Virus record (IMG/VR): IMGVR_UViG_3300045988_023906
DNA: 64,000 bases
Direction: 5' to 3' (one strand)
Source: a virus
A program made the translations under genes and the position numbers. Shown here one piece after another: positions 63,266-64,000 of this stretch (positions are counted from its first letter, which is position 1; each line of letters starts with the position of its first letter). The notes under the pieces were generated by a model that saw only the letters and a list, made by a program, of their open reading frames with translations, ran no database searches and had not been told where the DNA came from.

Positions 63266-64000
63266 TTATACACCTTTACTATAAACCCTTTTGTTAGCTT
63301 CAATCTGCCTATCTTTACCAAATGATTTAATAGGTCTTAAATACCCTATCACTCTTGTATATTGAGTAATATTCTTACTATGGCACTTTGGGCATTCAGT
63401 GATAGGATGCTTAGTAATGTAGCCACAATCATCACACTTACTATTAGGAATATTAAATGTGAAGTAGTTAGTTCCATTAGCTATTGCAAAGTCTATCAGC
63501 TTGAGATACTGCTCCTTACTCAGGTGGTCTTCAAGATTAATATGAGCTGCACTGCCTCCATCAGTGAATTGATAAGTCTGCCTTCCATGAAGAATAAACT
63601 TGTCAAGTACTGAAGTATCATCATGTGCATCATAGAAGTATGAATTGTACAGATTCTCATCATCAGGAACCCAATATCCATCCTCTTTATCCCAATTATA
63701 ATTCTTTCCTCCTAACCCTTCAGCAGGAACTACCTCAGAATTGAATAGGAATGGTCTATTGGCATCATGGATAGAATGTATCTTGTTCTGCTCTTTGATA
63801 GTACCAAGAACCAGTTGCAGGAACTCAATATACTCCTTGTTGTTGCCAACAGTCATACCTAAGAATCTTGCAGCCTCATTCAAGCCATTGATACCTATAG
63901 TACTATACAATTTGCTGATGTGAATATACCCGCCATTTGAAGCAGCAAACATACCCTTATCTTCAAGTTCATATAGCATTGTCTTAAATGCAACATGGTA
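63266..64000 (-). CDS. nrdD: Anaerobic ribonucleoside-triphosphate reductase, C-terminal part (5' end off-window)
   Basis: Zinc ribbon CDDCGY...CPKCH and glycyl-radical motif TRVIGYLRP. The frame stays open to the window edge. Confidence 0.85.
   Translation of the reverse strand, partial: YHVAFKTMLYELEDKGMFAASNGGYIHISKLYSTIGINGLNEAARFLGMTVGNNKEYIEFLQLVLGTIKEQNKIHSIHDANRPFLFNSEVVPAEGLGGKNYNWDKEDGYWVPDDENLYNSYFYDAHDDTSVLDKFILHGRQTYQFTDGGSAAHINLEDHLSKEQYLKLIDFAIANGTNYFTFNIPNSKCDDCGYITKHPITECPKCHSKNITQYTRVIGYLRPIKSFGKDRQIEANKRVYSKGV

Noticed and set aside
1-64000. Stop-codon reassignment (TAG or TGA recoding, known in some crAss-like lineages), tRNA genes, CRISPR arrays, and an integrase/lysogeny module.
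   Set aside because: Genes of 2000+ codons are uninterrupted under the standard code, and all three stop codons end well-packed genes. The intergenic gaps are short and are accounted for by promoters, terminators, the TR or micro-ORFs. No spaced direct-repeat array or recombinase motif was seen.

Overview
This is a visibly AT-rich 64-kb piece of a crAss-like (Crassvirales-type) Bacteroidota phage genome. It uses the standard genetic code: TAA, TAG and TGA all terminate long ORFs.

Plus strand 1-41029 is the late/virion module:
- TerL, with its 5' end probably off-window, then a free-standing GIY-YIG homing endonuclease and the portal.
- A ~9-kb accessory cluster of tail-fibre-like genes with an embedded membrane-protein/DUF5675 cassette.
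- A scaffold-like protein, the major capsid protein, and head-tail/tail genes including a 1453-aa tail protein.
- Three large putative ejected 'cargo' proteins (928, 435 and 2396 aa).

A bidirectional terminator at ~41.05 kb separates this from the minus-strand module 41084-64000:
- A 1473-aa protein and a 2280-aa virion-type RNA polymerase (DFDID).
- ThyX, chains of micro-ORFs and an AEP-like primase candidate.
- Two HNH-type endonucleases, a HicA-like toxin and a frameshifted Pnk-like kinase.
- DUF3310, a family A DNA polymerase, a membrane-anchored retropepsin-like protease, dUTPase, NrdG and the 3' part of NrdD.

The most notable observation is a 100-bp repeat pair at the 3' end of the 698-aa fibre gene. 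It has the adenine-specific mismatch signature of a diversity-generating retroelement (VR/TR). However, the reverse transcriptase is reduced to a ~45-codon N-terminal stub, and no RT or Avd is visible anywhere in the window.

Other observations:
- Seven copies of a Bacteroides-type TTG-N19/20-TAnnTTTG promoter, three of which drive the homing-endonuclease genes.
- TAA-poly(A) intercistronic tracts, two of them 19-20 nt long.
- A PD-(D/E)xK nuclease domain inside the 2396-aa virion protein.
- Two -1 frameshifted conserved genes.

I saw no tRNA, CRISPR array or integrase. All homology statements come from motif recognition by eye and memory, not from searches.
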